From Callorhinchus milii (Eukaryota), in assembly GCF_018977255.1 (NCBI RefSeq), contig NW_024704742.1, positions 115,322,001 through 115,386,000 on the forward strand: a stretch of DNA of 64,000 bases, given 5' to 3'. The notes beneath the pieces are model-generated. The model was not told the DNA's origin and made no database searches. It worked only from the letters and a program-made list of their open reading frames with translations. Of the stretch, positions 24,222 to 38,142 are shown in pieces; within the stretch, counting starts at the first letter, position 1, and each line of letters starts with the position of its first letter. The position numbers were made by a program, and so were the translations under genes.

Positions 24222-24783
24222 TCAGGATGTGGGCGATGCTGGCAGGATCACTATTTATTGCTTATCCCTGGTTGCCCTGAAATATTGGTGTTGGTGGGTT
24301 TCCCTTTAAACTTCTGTAATATTTATGGCAATACTCCCATGATGGCTTTGGGTTGAGAATTCCAGGATTCTGACCTAGGGATGATGAAAGAACAGAAATA
24401 CATAATAATAATAATCCTTGCATTTGATATAGCATTTTTCACGTGTTCAAGCACTTCACAGAATAGACTGTAAAGTGAATTGACTGTATATTTGTGGGTG
24501 AAATGCGGCAGCCAATTGCCACATCAATGTCCCACAAACAGTTGTGGATTGAAATGACTGATTTACTATTGTTTTTTTTCTTGAGGGATTATTATCAGGC
24601 ATGTGGAGTAAGGAAACTTGCCCAAGGAATCGAACCCAGGTCTCTCGCTTGCAAAGCGAGTGCTCTAACCACTGAGCTACAGGACTCCATGTCCAAGTCT
24701 GGATGATAAGTGACATGAAGGGGAATATGAATGTGATGGTATTCTCATGATATCGTTATTCTTTCTTTTCCGGATGATGGAGG
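24222..24783 (-). mobile_element. CR1-like LINE 3' end, itself split by a SINE
   Basis: Minus strand encodes YFCSFIIPRSESWNSQP (the SF...WNSLP ORF2 end) followed by GCAATAAAT...GCCAGCATCGCCCACATCC. Confidence 0.7.
24404..24688 (-). mobile_element. Young SINE, short variant
   Basis: Head with A box and B box (GGTTCGATTCC), core, (TTA)n tail. Confidence 0.92.
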
Positions 24784-26197
24784 TGCTACAATTGGTCACA
24801 AAACTTTGGTTTAGGGAAGGGAAAATCAACCTGGTTTACTGCTCCTGATCCCTATCCACCAACCTCTGATGGAGATGTACTACGTGACCTGTCAGTAAGT
24901 GGCATTGGCTTTGGTGCCCCGAAGGCAAACAGCTTTCCAACATTGAATGTTGAAGCTCATATAAATTTAACGGTCATTTGAGTGAAGTACAATATGGTGC
25001 CTGACTCTCATAGAACATATTCTGGTAGAAGCAAAAATGTCAAAATCCATTCAAGAAAGTAGGGGAGTGGGGGGAAAAAATAAATTGTGCAAAGTATCAT
25101 TAATCATTTGCAAACAAATACACAGTCACTACACTTTACAGTAAAATTCCTGTAAAGCAACTTGAGATTTTTTGATGATGTGATAAGGGTCTATATCAAC
25201 TGCAAGGATTATTATGATTAACGATTATGATTCATAACATGATCCTAAATTAACAGGAATTGTTTTTGTATTCGTGTTAGCATCATAGGAACATAGGAAC
25301 AGGGATAGGCCATCTGCCCTATTGTGCCAGAATCCGATTTATTAGATCATTTCAGATCATTTGGTCCCATTCTCTTCATATTCCTTAATATCCTCACATC
25401 CAAAATATCTATCTTCCTTTTAATCATCTCAATCAATTCTTCATCCACAGCCTGTGTGAAGAATTATTTTCTGAGCTGTTTACTGAAGGTTTTGTTGCCA
25501 AGTTACATGCAGTAGTTCTGTTGATTGGATCATGGAGACGCTGTGAAATCAGGGGTGAAAATTTCCCTTTGGTCTATTGGGATCTAGTGTTGCCTTCCCT
25601 CTGTGGCACCTAACTATTTAGGTGCTGCAGTCTGACCTCTTTCTTCTCAGAGAATTTAGAAGACAAATCTTGAGGAGAAATCATGAAAAATAACCTCATT
25701 AGCAATTCCAGTTCTCGAATCTCTCAAGAAGACTGTCAAATATCATTTTGGAATGATTTACACGTGACCCATGGTTCAAGTCTGAGCTAAATTGACATTC
25801 AGCAGTGCCAAATACACTTGAATTATTACATTTCTTTCTGAACTGTTCCACCTGGTTAACAATTGTCCAGATAAATTGATCATTCATTTCAAGGTAGCTT
25901 GACGAGACCTTGCTGTTCACAAATTGTTTTCCACATTTACATATACACACTTACTACATTTGACAGCAATTTCCTGTAAACTGCTTTGAGATATTTTGAC
26001 GTTAGAGGTGCTATATCAAATTAATTGAATTATTACTCACAGCACACAACAGGAACTGCACAGTACGTATGCTCTTACCATCCAAAGCAACCCATTCTGG
26101 AGATAGAGAGGCTTGTTTCAAACAAAACAGGGTCTTAACTGACTTCATGGTTCCTATGGGCCTAGGTTAAACAAATTAATCATTATTGAGAGCAATG

Positions 26198-26420
26198 TCA
26201 ACAACAACAACTTGCATTTATATAGCACCTTCACATGGAGGAGTGTCCTGGAGCGCTTGACAATGGTGGAGTCTGACCCCAAGCCATGGGGAGAGGGAGT
26301 GGGAAGGTGACTGTAAGCACGATGAAAAAGGAAGGTCTTTAAGTGGGATTTGAAAGTGGGGATGGAGGGGGCAAGGCAGAGGGATTGAGGGAGGCTGTTC
26401 CAGATCTTCGGGGCGTAATG
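26198..26420 (-). mobile_element. L2 3' fragment (second tail type)
   Basis: YAPKIWNSLPQSL...TFKSHLKTFLF; TATATAAATGCAAG(TTG)n. Confidence 0.9.
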
Positions 26421-29400
26421 GTTGTGGGTGGTGGAGTGTGGGCTAAGCAAATTGGACAGGTATGGAGGTGCAGTATTAGCACCACATGGTGCAGTAATCT
26501 ACAACATTAGCTGGAGCCAAAACAAAGTTCCTGAGAACACCACAATTAATTGTGAGAACAATTAGCTATTTTTTGAGTGCAGGGTTTGAAATCAAATTGA
26601 TGCCCTGTAACCTAATTTATACTACTTGCTGATTATTGATTCAATGTGGTGGCCACATTAACCGTGCAGCATAAGAAATAATAATCCTTCTCAAAGTTTC
26701 TACAATGTGTAATGAGTATCTATTTGTACACAAACTTGGCAGCCAAATTTTGCACTATCCCACAAACAGTTATCACAAGTTCATAAGATCACAAGGGTGA
26801 TTTGGATGAAGAAAGCCCTTTTTCTCCAGAACACCTACCCTATCATCCACCCATCACAGCACCAAACTATTTTTTATATGAGTCCATTGTCCTGGCCTCA
26901 ACGACACTTCCTAACAATGTGTTCCAGTCATTAATTTATAACGTTACATCTAGAAATACATTAAGTGAATGACCAGTTTTTGTCTGCAGAATTGTTGGAC
27001 AAAGAATACAGTATAGAAAATGTTTCCATCATCCTTTTTTGTAATTGTGTTATTTGTGAATAGGTTTGTTTAGCAAGTTCTTATATCATTAGGAAAAAAG
27101 TGGCTTTAGAAATGTGTAGAGATAAATTAACATATAGAGTTAAATTAACAAGGCCACAGACATAACCTGGGTTAATGTACTGAGACTGGCATTAATTCAG
27201 CTCCATCATGCTGACAGGCTCACTGACTTCTCCAAGACTCAGTTCCCTCATAACCTACCACTAGACAGATGCTGTTTTCCTTAAAAGCTCATAACATGTA
27301 CATTCCATCAGGAGTCAACTCTCTAGTCCAGGGACACTGAGACCATTGTAGAACCTCAACTGCTTTCTTGCAATTCAGTACAATATTGCAACAATCGCAT
27401 CTTTTGCACAAACTTAAAATTATCTAAATTTTAAGAAAACACTCATAAAGCTAAGACCACGAGAGATTTGGGGCCTCTGTCAACATGTCTAAACACTACT
27501 TGATCTGAAATCAAGTGATCTCTCCTTGGTGTCTTGAATTGACAGGGTTACCTCTGTTATTAGTCCCATGCAAAAAATTGCTTCTTTTGGTTGACTAGAT
27601 TAAAAATCCATATTTTATCTGGTCTTAGACCAAGATGATCATACCCATTCCTACGGGCTTTCCATCTAAGTAGTTAGACATTAGCATTGTTTCCTTGTTT
27701 AAAGGTCTCCGAGACTCTACCCGTGTGAAAGACACTATATAAATGCAAGTTGTTGTAGCTGCAGTTGTACTGGTGGCCGTGGCAATTAGTGAATGCCAGG
27801 AACCTCATTTCCACATCAGGACCCAGTATGAAAAGAGCCTGTTATCACCTCAACGTAAATATAATTTTGATATAGTTTTGAAATTTGACTTTCGGACAGC
27901 ATCCAAGATCTGATATACAATCAAAGTTTGCCTACAAAATGCAGTCACTACATTCTAAGTATATCCTGTGAAGCACTTTTGAAACATGAAAAGTCCTAGA
28001 TCAAATGTAAGGATTATTATAATTATAAATGTTTGTTTTCATCATTTGCCTTAATCCTACAATCCCTCCTCCTCTTGAGCCATGTGCAACGTGCTTCTGT
28101 GTAGACAGGGTTATTGAATAGCCTATTTGCAGAGATAGCATCTGAAATCCAAAGTCAAGAATCAAAATTCCTGAATTTTGCTGGTCAGCAAGCGAGCACT
28201 GTTAGGCACATTCAAAAGTATCCTGACAAGGAAAATGATCCATTAATTTAGGCTTACAATCCCTCTGAACAATGGTCCCATCACTCTTTGCGTAAACTGT
28301 CCTGTGAATTGATGCTGTTCTTTCTAACTAAACAACAACAAATATTGGGCACAGCTGGAAACACAGGTGAAGTCAAACCCCACAGACCTGGCATTTGTAT
28401 CAGAGCACTTTGGGCCAAAATAAAAGGAAAACTGTTGCAACACCTCAATCACAGTTGTTTTTAGCTGCCCACTGCTGTGCCTCAGCCTTCAGTCTGCAGA
28501 GACTGTCGGCTTTCTTCAGGCACAAAGATTCAGGGGTAAAAATTTTGATCTGTTATGTGATAATTATTGCATCGCTGATAAATGAGGTCATCAAGGCTAT
28601 TTGGTAACAGAAGGCTTGACGTTGTCTTATCACTTCTCTCCCTGACTCTGCAGACTGGAAGTGAAGACACAGCATGTGGCAGATAAAAAAATGAGAAGTT
28701 GCCACCATTCTTCTTTTTATTGTGGCCCCAATGTTCTCTTATACAAATGTCAGTAAGGATACAGGTCTGTAGAGGTTGAAGTCATCTGAGTATCCAGCTG
28801 TGGCCCAATGTTTGTTGTTATTTAGTTCTAAAGAACAGCATTGGACTGCCAATGAGTGGGATACCACCTTAACTCAACAAAATCCAATTAGATTTAAACT
28901 AATATCTTGCTCACTGGCTGTCCAGTGCAATGATTATTATTATTATTATATAATCTAATCGCAATTCCTAGTCTTTGTCTGAACCCTTTTATATTCTTCC
29001 TCTTCAAATATTTATTCAATTTCCTTCTAAATAGCGTTATCTTCTCAGCCTCAGTTGCTGGTAGACAGATATCCCTTATTCTAATAACTTTCTGTGTGAA
29101 AAAAAATCTTCCAACCAACCCCTTAACTATTCCAGTGACAATCCTGATTTTATAATAATGAAAACAAATAATCCTTGATATCTTTGGATATTGAGCCTTC
29201 ACATCGATCAGATATCTCAAAGCTCGTCACAGTACACTATAATGATAGTATATTTTGTAGGTATTTCACCCGAAATTATAAAACGCTTTTAGAAATGTAC
29301 ACAAATGTATACTTAGATGCTTATTTCCACAATGGGATTATGTCTTGAAGTAAGAACACTTGGAACAACTTGTTCCACAACAACCAAACCAAAACCAGGC

Positions 29401-29551
29401 ATAATTTACAGATTGCCTAAGACCTACGACATACCTTGTATATCCTTAGATATTTTGCCTACAAACTATACAGTCAATTCATGTTACAGTAGATTTTGTG
29501 AAGCACTTTGAGATGTCTTGAAGATGTAATAAGGCACTATCAAATGCAAGG

Positions 29552-29591
<40 letters not shown>

Positions 29592-30542
29592 TGTGCCTTC
29601 GCATCGATAGGACATCTCAAAGCTCATCACAGGATTTACTGAAAAGTATAGTGACTGAATTTTGTAGGTATTGTAGGAAACATGTTTTATAAATAAAATC
29701 TTAACTGATTCATGACCTGCACTGTCATCCATCAAGGTAAGAGTTGTTGGGAGGATTTTTAACTTAAATGTGTTTCTTGTGCAATTTCATTGCCACTTTG
29801 AAATAGTTGCATCAATCACAGCAACAAAGGAGACTCTGCAGGTCTTTCAGAAATAGCCCAATTAATTAGTTTTACACGAATTCACGTGAGGCACTACCCC
29901 GCATGAAGGGCACAATATAAATGCAAGTTGTTGTTATTGTTACACAACTTCACTCCATTCCTTCTGCTGAAAAATATCCCATCAGTCTTGTTAAAAGATG
30001 AAAATAGCATGTTTTTTTTAAAAAGCACTAGAAGTCGAGACCTCCTTTGATTCAATAGTTCAGGCTGAAATTTCTGTGGCTGTCATTGTAGTTGCCACCC
30101 AGGGCACGCTTTGTTTAAGTGTGATGCTTCACCAGTCTAACATAAGAAAAAAATCAGAGTTAAGGCAGAATCCCACTAACAAGCACTCTAATTTCTGTAC
30201 ACCATGGGTTGACTGTGCAGATCAGGGCTGTGCAATGGGGCAGCTTTGAGTCTGGCTATGTCACAGATGGGGGTGAGGGGGGTGGGGGGAGAAGGGGAGT
30301 GTTGGGGGTAAACACCTGCCAAGCGTCCTTTAGTTAGTGATGGTCTTGAACATATTTGTCCACAATGCCATAATTATCATGGATAATAATTAACACATCC
30401 CACATTGCAATTGTAATCCCTGCATCCTATCACCTTACTTCCTCACTGTCTCAACTGCCCAATTATATGCAATCACCATTCAAGTGAATTCAAATTTGAG
30501 ATCATCTAAATTTGCTGTCAGCCAATAATATTAACCATCTTT

Positions 30543-30782
30543 AGGCTGGAATTTCACATTGTTTTAGCCTGAAGTACGTTTTTTTTTACAATTTATGATC
30601 ATGCAGAATTGTGAAATGATTCTGAAATTCAGTCTTAATTTGGAAGCTGGTTCTTTTTAAGAACTACAGAAAAATAATCTTCAAATTAAGACTGAATTTA
30701 AGGATTTTCCACAATTCCGCACAATCTTATACTTTAAGACCAAACGGTTTTATAAACTAAGCCTAGTTGTAATTTTGAGCCT
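30543..30782. mobile_element. Palindromic MITE-like element, about 240 bp
   Basis: Perfect 18-bp arms 30625-30642/30682-30699; imperfect pairing continues out to AGGCT...AGCCT ends. Confidence 0.7.
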
Positions 30783-31654
30783 CTCATGTTTAAGCCGTTT
30801 ATATTTTTGGATGGATTGCTAGTTAATCAGCATCAGCAGATGATCAGAATTATTTTGCATTCAGCTTTATTATCTGACCAGATTACCTTGTCATGCACTG
30901 TTTAACAATGACGGATGTATTCATATTTATTGTTGAAAATGTTTGCCTAATTTAGAAATTGTAGAATGAAATGCACTGCACTGAATGTGTTAATAGCTTC
31001 TTCCTTATTAATGCAACTTGGTTTAGCAATAGACTAAGTCTATGGTTCAACTTGTCAATACAACACTTCACAGCTTTCTGTGTGTTTGCTGACCCTGCTT
31101 CCTGACTAAGGTTAGACTGAGCATCAAACTAATCCCCTTGGAGCCCAAGTGCTTGCTTTTGCTGTGTTCAGATTTAATGAAAAAACTGTCAGTAAAACTC
31201 CAATTATCACCATCTCTCCTGATAGGTCTATTATTACATGATAGGATGAGACAAATCCTTAGTCATTTCCCACCTCCTTGACTTTGTAATAGTGACTCAC
31301 AGGGGCATATGGCGGTCAATTATCAGTAACGTAAATTGACAACACTTGCTAACTCTTGCTCTGCTGTCATACAAGGTGATAAAAGAATAGGAGATAGTGA
31401 AAGATCCCAAATAGAGTTGAAAATTGTGATCTCCCTCAGCTCCCACTCTAGATCAAGTGCCAGAATCATGACTGTTAAGCGTCTTGGGATGTCCTTCCGA
31501 CATGAGAGGCGCTATATACATACATATGTAAGATTATTCACTTATTCATAATTCATACACAGTGAACCCCTTGTCACTCCAAGGGAAAATAGCTCGGTGA
31601 CTACTTTGAGGGATTTCAATAAATACCTAAATAAATGTGGCCAGGATATCGGTA

Positions 31655-31989
31655 GCATGTTGACTCAGTGGTGAGAGCACTCGCCTCACAAGCAAGAGAC
31701 CTGGGTTCGATTCCCAGCAGGGCGAAACCTTGGGCAAGTTTCCTTACTCCACACGCCTGATAATAATCCCTCAAGAAAAAAACCCAATAATAATAAAATT
31801 GGTCACTTCAATCCACGACTGTTTGTGGGACACTGCTGTGCGCAATTGGCTGCCGCGTTTCGCCCACAAATATACAGTCAATTCACTTTACAGTATATTC
31901 TGTGAAGCGCTTTGAGACGTTTAGAAGATGTGAAAAGCGCTATATCAAATGCAAGGATTATTATTATCATATTATTATTATTATTATTA
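31655..31989 (+). mobile_element. Near full-length young SINE, short variant
   Basis: Body very similar to 37314-37632; B box GGTTCGATTCC; (TAT)n tail. Confidence 0.95.
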
Positions 31990-32939
31990 CATGTAAATTT
32001 GTAGTATATTGTGTTCATTCACAATGGTGCTAATTATCTCATTGTGGAAAGGTGGTAATAATGTTCATTAGCTGTTCACTGCCTATGGTATCCAAGAGTC
32101 CACAATTAATGGCATTGACTGGTCCATTGGTATAACTGTTCCCAACTCTATTACAATGATTGGGGAAAGTCAGCTTGTAAATTGAATTAACCTTGCTGGT
32201 CCAGGGAGCATTTGTGTGTCAGTTAGCGGGATACACTGATTTTTTGGTGTTGCTGAGTTAAAGCACAAGTTAATAGCATTGGACTTTCTGACACGCAGAT
32301 CATGGCATTGGAATGCAGTTAGAAGGCTGGCAGTTTAATGTAACAATAAAATCGGTGACTCAAAGTCTTTGAACCCAATCATTTGACTCACAATACTGTA
32401 TTTCTTGTTTCTTTTATTCAAATTTCTCCTCTCTTTTCTCTTCCTCAGTGAAGACTGTGACTGATACTATACTTGGGCTCATATATAAAAGCGCGACCAC
32501 TTGGACAAGATAAAATAGGGTAGATGATGCTCGAGGAGCATTTCCCCAGTGTCTGCATTGAGTGTCCTAGCTACTGTCTAGACAGCTTTACATAACTTGC
32601 ATACATCACTGAAGTGACAAGAATTTACAGAGTTGTCACATTAATGAAGAAATACCATGCCAGCAACCTCAGATGAATAAATGAATTGTTGTGTTTTTTG
32701 CTAAAATAAACAAGAATCAGGATAATCATATTTAAGAGTCAGTCATTATTTCCCTTTTCAAAGTGAAGGGCGCTATACAAGTGTAATTTGTTGTTGTTTA
32801 TTATCCTCTGCTGTTTGATAAACTCAGTGCTGTTTGATGAGGCTCCAACTGGAATAACTGCAGCAAACACATAACACCTCTGAAGTAATGTTTGCTTTGT
32901 TTATTGTTGCTTCACACTAATCTAACGTGGTGAGTGATG

Positions 32940-33830
32940 AGTTAACTTATATCCCTTGGTCTCTTTCAGCTTCCCCTTGGTAAGTTCTATCCCATCTATG
33001 GAGTACATGTGCCTCCTATTTCTGCTTTCCATAGCAGTACCTTGCACTTATGTATATTGAACTTAATTTGCCAGTCAGTCCGTGTGCATACACTATCGAG
33101 TTCTCTTTGTAAGACCTTTGCTGCCTCTTCTGAATCCAATTCTTCCCAACTTGGTGTCATCTGGAAATTTAATTACCTTACATTGGGTTTGTGAATTCAG
33201 GTCATTAATATCTTCAAGGAACAGCAGGGTTCCCAGTACAGACACCTGAGACACCCTGCTTAATTTGTCCCCCACTTTGACCTAGGTCCCCTAATAATTA
33301 CCCTTGTCTCGTCAAGTGCTAGTTTCTCAAAACGCCTTTTGGAAATCTAGATACACCATGCCTGAGGCTTTTACTGTCAATTTGAAATTGTCTCAAAAAC
33401 ATCTATGATGCTGATCAGGCAAAATCTACCCTTTTGAATCAATGCTGGCACCATTCATCAGATTATTTTTATGCAACTAATCTACTTTCTTTCTCATGAT
33501 TCACTCTATCAGTTTTCCTATTATTGCGGTCAGGCTAATGGGGCTTGTTGTTGCCAGATATGGATCTGTCACTTTTCTTAAACGTGGAAACACCATTTGC
33601 CTTCTCATTTCCACATTTGCTCGTTTGCGAACTATCATAACTGATAATAATAATAATAATAATAATAACTGATAGCCTCCAGTCAGTGACTCACTGACCA
33701 GTGGAAATAATTCCTCTCTGTTGACTCTATCCAAACCCCTCATAATTGTAAGGACCTTTATCAGGTTACCCTTCAACCTTCTTTGTTCTCATGGAAAAGT
33801 TCCAGTTCCAGCAATCTTTGTTCATAGACT
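32940..33830 (-). mobile_element. CR1 ORF2 fragments, decayed
   Basis: SVLGTLLFLEDINDL, KFPDDTKLG, PISLTAIIGKLIE and GNLIKVLTIMRGLDRVNREELF motifs. Confidence 0.85.
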
Positions 33831-35104
33831 AATATGCTGTTTCTTCACTTTCACTTTCCATTCACTTTTTCAACGCCTTTGAGTTGTAGGAACTTCCTCA
33901 TGGAAATGGCTGCTGCATTTGCTTACAAATACAGTAACTATTATTGGCATTAATTACTTGTGAAGCTGCACTGCAAAGTGATATGTGTTGTTATGTACAG
34001 CGAGGCACTTACAGTATTTTAACCCATGACCTGACATGCTTTTAACTAGTAGTGTTAGATTTTCTCATGGTTTGTTGAATCAGTAGTGGACTCAGGTGCA
34101 CACATCTCCAATGGTGTCAATTCTGTTCAACAAAGTACTGTGTAAAAGCAAGATATGAACACTCTATGTGCTCATTTGTCTTCCAATGTAATTTCCTTAA
34201 TTTTCTATTCAGGTATCATTGCATGTCTAACAGTAATTTCCTAAATTGACCAGATGAATTACCCTTACAGACCACAGAGCAGCCATCCAAAACAAAGTAT
34301 ATTGCTTCTTGAAATCTATCTACCACATATTCTTTCCTTAATTGACAATTGCTTTGTAATTTAGTTATAATGAATGTAGCGTTCGCAAGAGAGATTTGAA
34401 TGTAGAAGGACCATCAGGCTAATGTATATGGGGAAAATCTTCTTGCAATATACTATCCTCATTGGGGATGGTGTGGGAAGTAAACTGGGACTCACAATTA
34501 ATTCTTTCAATCAAGGTTATTATCTTAAACACCTCGATCATATCACCTTCCACTTTCTCTACTCCAACAGAAAGGGTCCTTATCTCCCTAGCCTCTTCCG
34601 ACAGCTATGTCATTTCATTTCCAGGGTCATCCTCTGTAGAAAAAATATATTTCTACAAAGATCTTTGTCTAACATCTCATTTTGCAATTACTTCTCAAGT
34701 GGCTGCGAATTTATCTTCCCTGATGTGAACATCCAGCATGTAGTAATCCTCCATGAAATGCAGATGGCACTTGAGCCAAACAGTAATAGTCTTCTTGTGT
34801 GTGGGGTGACACAGGAGTTTTTCCTCACATTATCTGCACTTTATCCAGTAACAATCCTTCCAAACATTTTATACATAAATTCAAATATTAGTTGTCCTAA
34901 TTGAACTGCAATAAAAATAGTTTTTAGGGTGGGCAAATAATAACTGGACATTTTCTTTAATAGTCCCTTGTTATCTCTAATTAGGTCTTTCACAGTGTTC
35001 CTCAGTTATTGGGTCTATCCTTTTATCTTAAACAATGAGTTTTTCTTATCGTTACTGGGTAAGGCAATCCTTCATCGTGCTCTGAACTGGTCAGAATGCT
35101 CAAA

Positions 35105-35378
35105 GAGTAAAATGAATTGACTGTATATTTTGGGGGTGATACGCGGCAGCCAATTCCGCATAGCAGTGTCCCACAAACAGTCGTAGAGTGACCAATTTAT
35201 TCATTTTTTTAAGGAATTATTATCCCCGGAAAAGCGAGCTGCCAATCAACTAACAACTGGGTTCCTACTTACTGCTAGGTAAACAGAGGCGTGTGGAGTA
35301 AGGAAACATACCCAATGTTTTGCCCTGCCTGGAATCGAACCCGGGTCGAGTCCTATAACCACTCAGCTGCAGGACTCC
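35105..35378 (-). mobile_element. Young SINE, long variant, partial
   Basis: GGAGTCCTGCAGCTGAGTGG head, CCTTACTCCACACGCC, core. Confidence 0.85.
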
Positions 35379-37313
35379 ATAGTAGAAAGAAGAAGGCACA
35401 GGTTCAGGGTCGAAAAGGGCAATCTCAGATACCAAAAAGTATTTCTTCACCCAGAAAGTAATTAGCAAATGGAACAGGTCACCAGGAAGAGTGGTGAGAC
35501 CACTGGAAGGTTGAGTCAAATGGACTAAAGGACCTTCTTCATTCAAACCTCTCTTGTTATCTTGTGATATTTGAGGTCTCCCTCAGAAAGAGACTTCCTT
35601 ACAAATCATAGCAATCCTTGCAGTTGATTTAGTCCCTTTTACGTCGGGAGGACATCACAAATCACTTTACAGGATATACTCTAAAGTGGAGTCACTGTGT
35701 GTTTTGTGGGTGAACGCAGCAGCCAATATGCGTACAGAATGTCCCACAAACAGCCATAGAGAGAACGACTAATTTATATCTACTAAAATAATCAAAATAT
35801 TTGAATTCAACTATTTATGGTAGACCTACTATACTTTATTGTCAATTTGTATCTGTTACTGAGAGTATCAATAGATACTGTTTCTTTGTTCTCCCAAATT
35901 TCCCTTCAGCTCCTGAAGCAGTTAACTCGGGCCATGATACTTACCCAATATGACCATTATTTGTGTAAGAGTGAGTCGGTGAATCAACAGCAGGAGCACT
36001 ACGGCAGTTGATAAGAGACAGATCCTGGAGACACTAAATACCTATCTCGGCACACTTTCTAGCAGGATAATAGGAGAGTGATGAGAAGCAGGGTCTTACC
36101 TGATTTTACTCTTTCCTAGCTCAAGGACACTGAGGTGAACTGCAGTAAGTGCACTGTCACCCTGGCTAAGGTCAGCTGCCTCAGCACACATTGAACACGG
36201 GAGCTGCTTAGTCTGTATGGTATACTACTACACCAGATAATGCCTGTTGATTGATAGGAAACCCAATATTTCCTTTAAACCGTAATGGAACAGATCAATA
36301 CATTCGCTTATGCTGTAAACAACTAATAAGAGATAAATGAAAAAATGGACAAACTGTACGATTATATGGTGTACATTTTACAGTGTGTTTCCAGTTCTAT
36401 GTAGAGGTAACAAAAGAGAGTGTACAGATACCATGTATGGAATTGTACCTTCAATAAGAGGCCTGAAATTTCACAGAGTTTCAGCCTTTGAAGTGCTTTG
36501 AGAAGTCTCCCCACTTACCCGGCCATAAACAGTAAACTTACATTTTACAATGCAAAATGTTTGCAATTGCTGTTGCTACTGAGAAAAACTGAAGACTGTG
36601 TTTCAGAATTTTCCAACATTTTGCACCACCTTAAATTTGAACACACTATGGTCTTCTAGTTAAGAACATAAAAAATATTGGGCCTGTTTGCCATCTCTAT
36701 TCACTCATGACAAAACCAGAAAATCCAATCAACTTATCTCACTGTGAAAATCCATCTTAACTGAAGTACATTACGTTTCTAAAGAAAGTTGAATTATTGT
36801 CATATATTTTAATCATGTAAAATCCAGTATTGTTAATTTGGCATGATGAACATAATTACAAGATAAAACGAGGTGTTTTGAACTATATGCAGTTGTTAAA
36901 TAATGTCTCAAAATTAGGATTCACATTCAATTAAGCACCACCTGTGTGCTGCAGTTAAAACATTTTGCTGATCAGAAATACTAAACTATAACCTAAGATT
37001 AGAACTATTGTATTGTTCATGTACAATTTAAAAGTGGTCTGTGCCTTTGAGACTAACCAAATCAAGCTGGGTGGTTTATTTCCAGTACTGTATGTTCCTA
37101 GTTATAAAGCATGATATTCCACCAGTGAACTACATGACACAGATATGATGAAAATCTGTGCCTGCGTGTTGCGCCTCCACTACAACATACAACTTCCTTA
37201 TATTAGGATTGTAGGATTGTCAGGGAAATTTTGAGCAACGGCAATATAAATCTCCGTAGGTAGGAAATAATAAGCAGAGGGTGAGTTAGTCCTGGCTAGT
37301 ATCACAGTGGAGT

Positions 37314-37632
37314 GGAGTCCTGTAGCTCAGTGGTTAAAGCACTCGCTTTGCAAGCGAGAGACCTGGGTTTGATTCCCTGGAGGGTGAAACCTTGGGCAAG
37401 TTTCCTTACTCCACACGCCTGATAATAATCCCTCAAGAAAAAAAAACAATAATAATAAAATTGGTCACTTCAATCCACAACTGTTTGTGGGACACTGCTG
37501 TGCGCAATTGGCTGGCGCGTTTCGCCCACAAATATACAGTCAATTCACTTTACAGTCTATTCTGTGAAGCGCTTTGAGATGTCTAGAAGATGGGAAAAGC
37601 GCTATATCAAATGCAAGGATTATTATTATTAT
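37314..37632 (+). mobile_element. Full-length young SINE (tRNA-Ala-like head, 3' part of the Deu domain, L2-type tail)
   Basis: A box TAGCTCAGTGG, anticodon arm CTCGC-TTTGCAA-GCGAG, B box, core, stem-loop, (TAT)n. Confidence 0.95.
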
Positions 37633-37664
37633 TGCAGACTTCCAACTAGTGTTTGTAAGTTTTA

Positions 37665-38030
37665 CTCAGTAAGTAGTACTCTTGTCTTCAGCAGGAGGAG
37701 GTGGGTTCAAGCCCCATTTTGAGTCTTGATTTCAAAATTTTCGCATCACTAGGGGGAGAGCTTCAATGTCGGAGGTGCTATTTTCAGATGTGATGCTAAA
37801 TCGAGCTCCATGTTCGGGTGAATATTAAAGGCCCCATAAGGCTATTTGAAATGAAAAGGACGTTTCTCCACACATCCTGGCCAATAATACTCACTGAATA
37901 AATGATTATTCACTTTATGGCTATTGATGGACCTTCCTGGTGCAAATGGGTCCCATGTTTGCTTGCAAAATAGTCACTGCATTGGACATTAATTACCCAT
38001 GAAGTGCTTTTCTATATGAAGTTCCTTCTT
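37665..38030 (+). mobile_element. Old Deu-domain SINE
   Basis: GTGGGTTCAAGCCCCA...GTCGGAGGTGCTATTTTCAGATG...CCTGGCCAATA. Confidence 0.75.
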
Positions 38031-38142
38031 TCTTACTTACAGAGCCACATCGATTTGTATCTGGCAGATCAAATGACGACAGTTTGTGCGTTAACATGGA
38101 AATAAATTGACCAACCTAGGATTTTTCCATTATAAGATCTGC

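Larger units (their letters stand above)
24106..25070 (+). mobile_element. AmnSINE2-like ancient SINE split by two nested insertions
   Basis: 5' half ends GCTGAGCTAGCTGATCT near 24205; resumes GTGCTACAATTGG...GGGAAAATCAACC...GCTCCTGATC near 24783. Confidence 0.65.

Noticed and set aside
34422..34904. 160-aa plus-strand ORF
   Set aside because: Partly antisense CR1 (about 34510-34632); no recognisable domain
37314..37390. tRNA-Ala gene (also near 12139, 18051, 24688, 31655, 38528, 61954)
   Set aside because: Each cloverleaf-like head runs straight into the SINE body and has stem mismatches; these are SINE promoters
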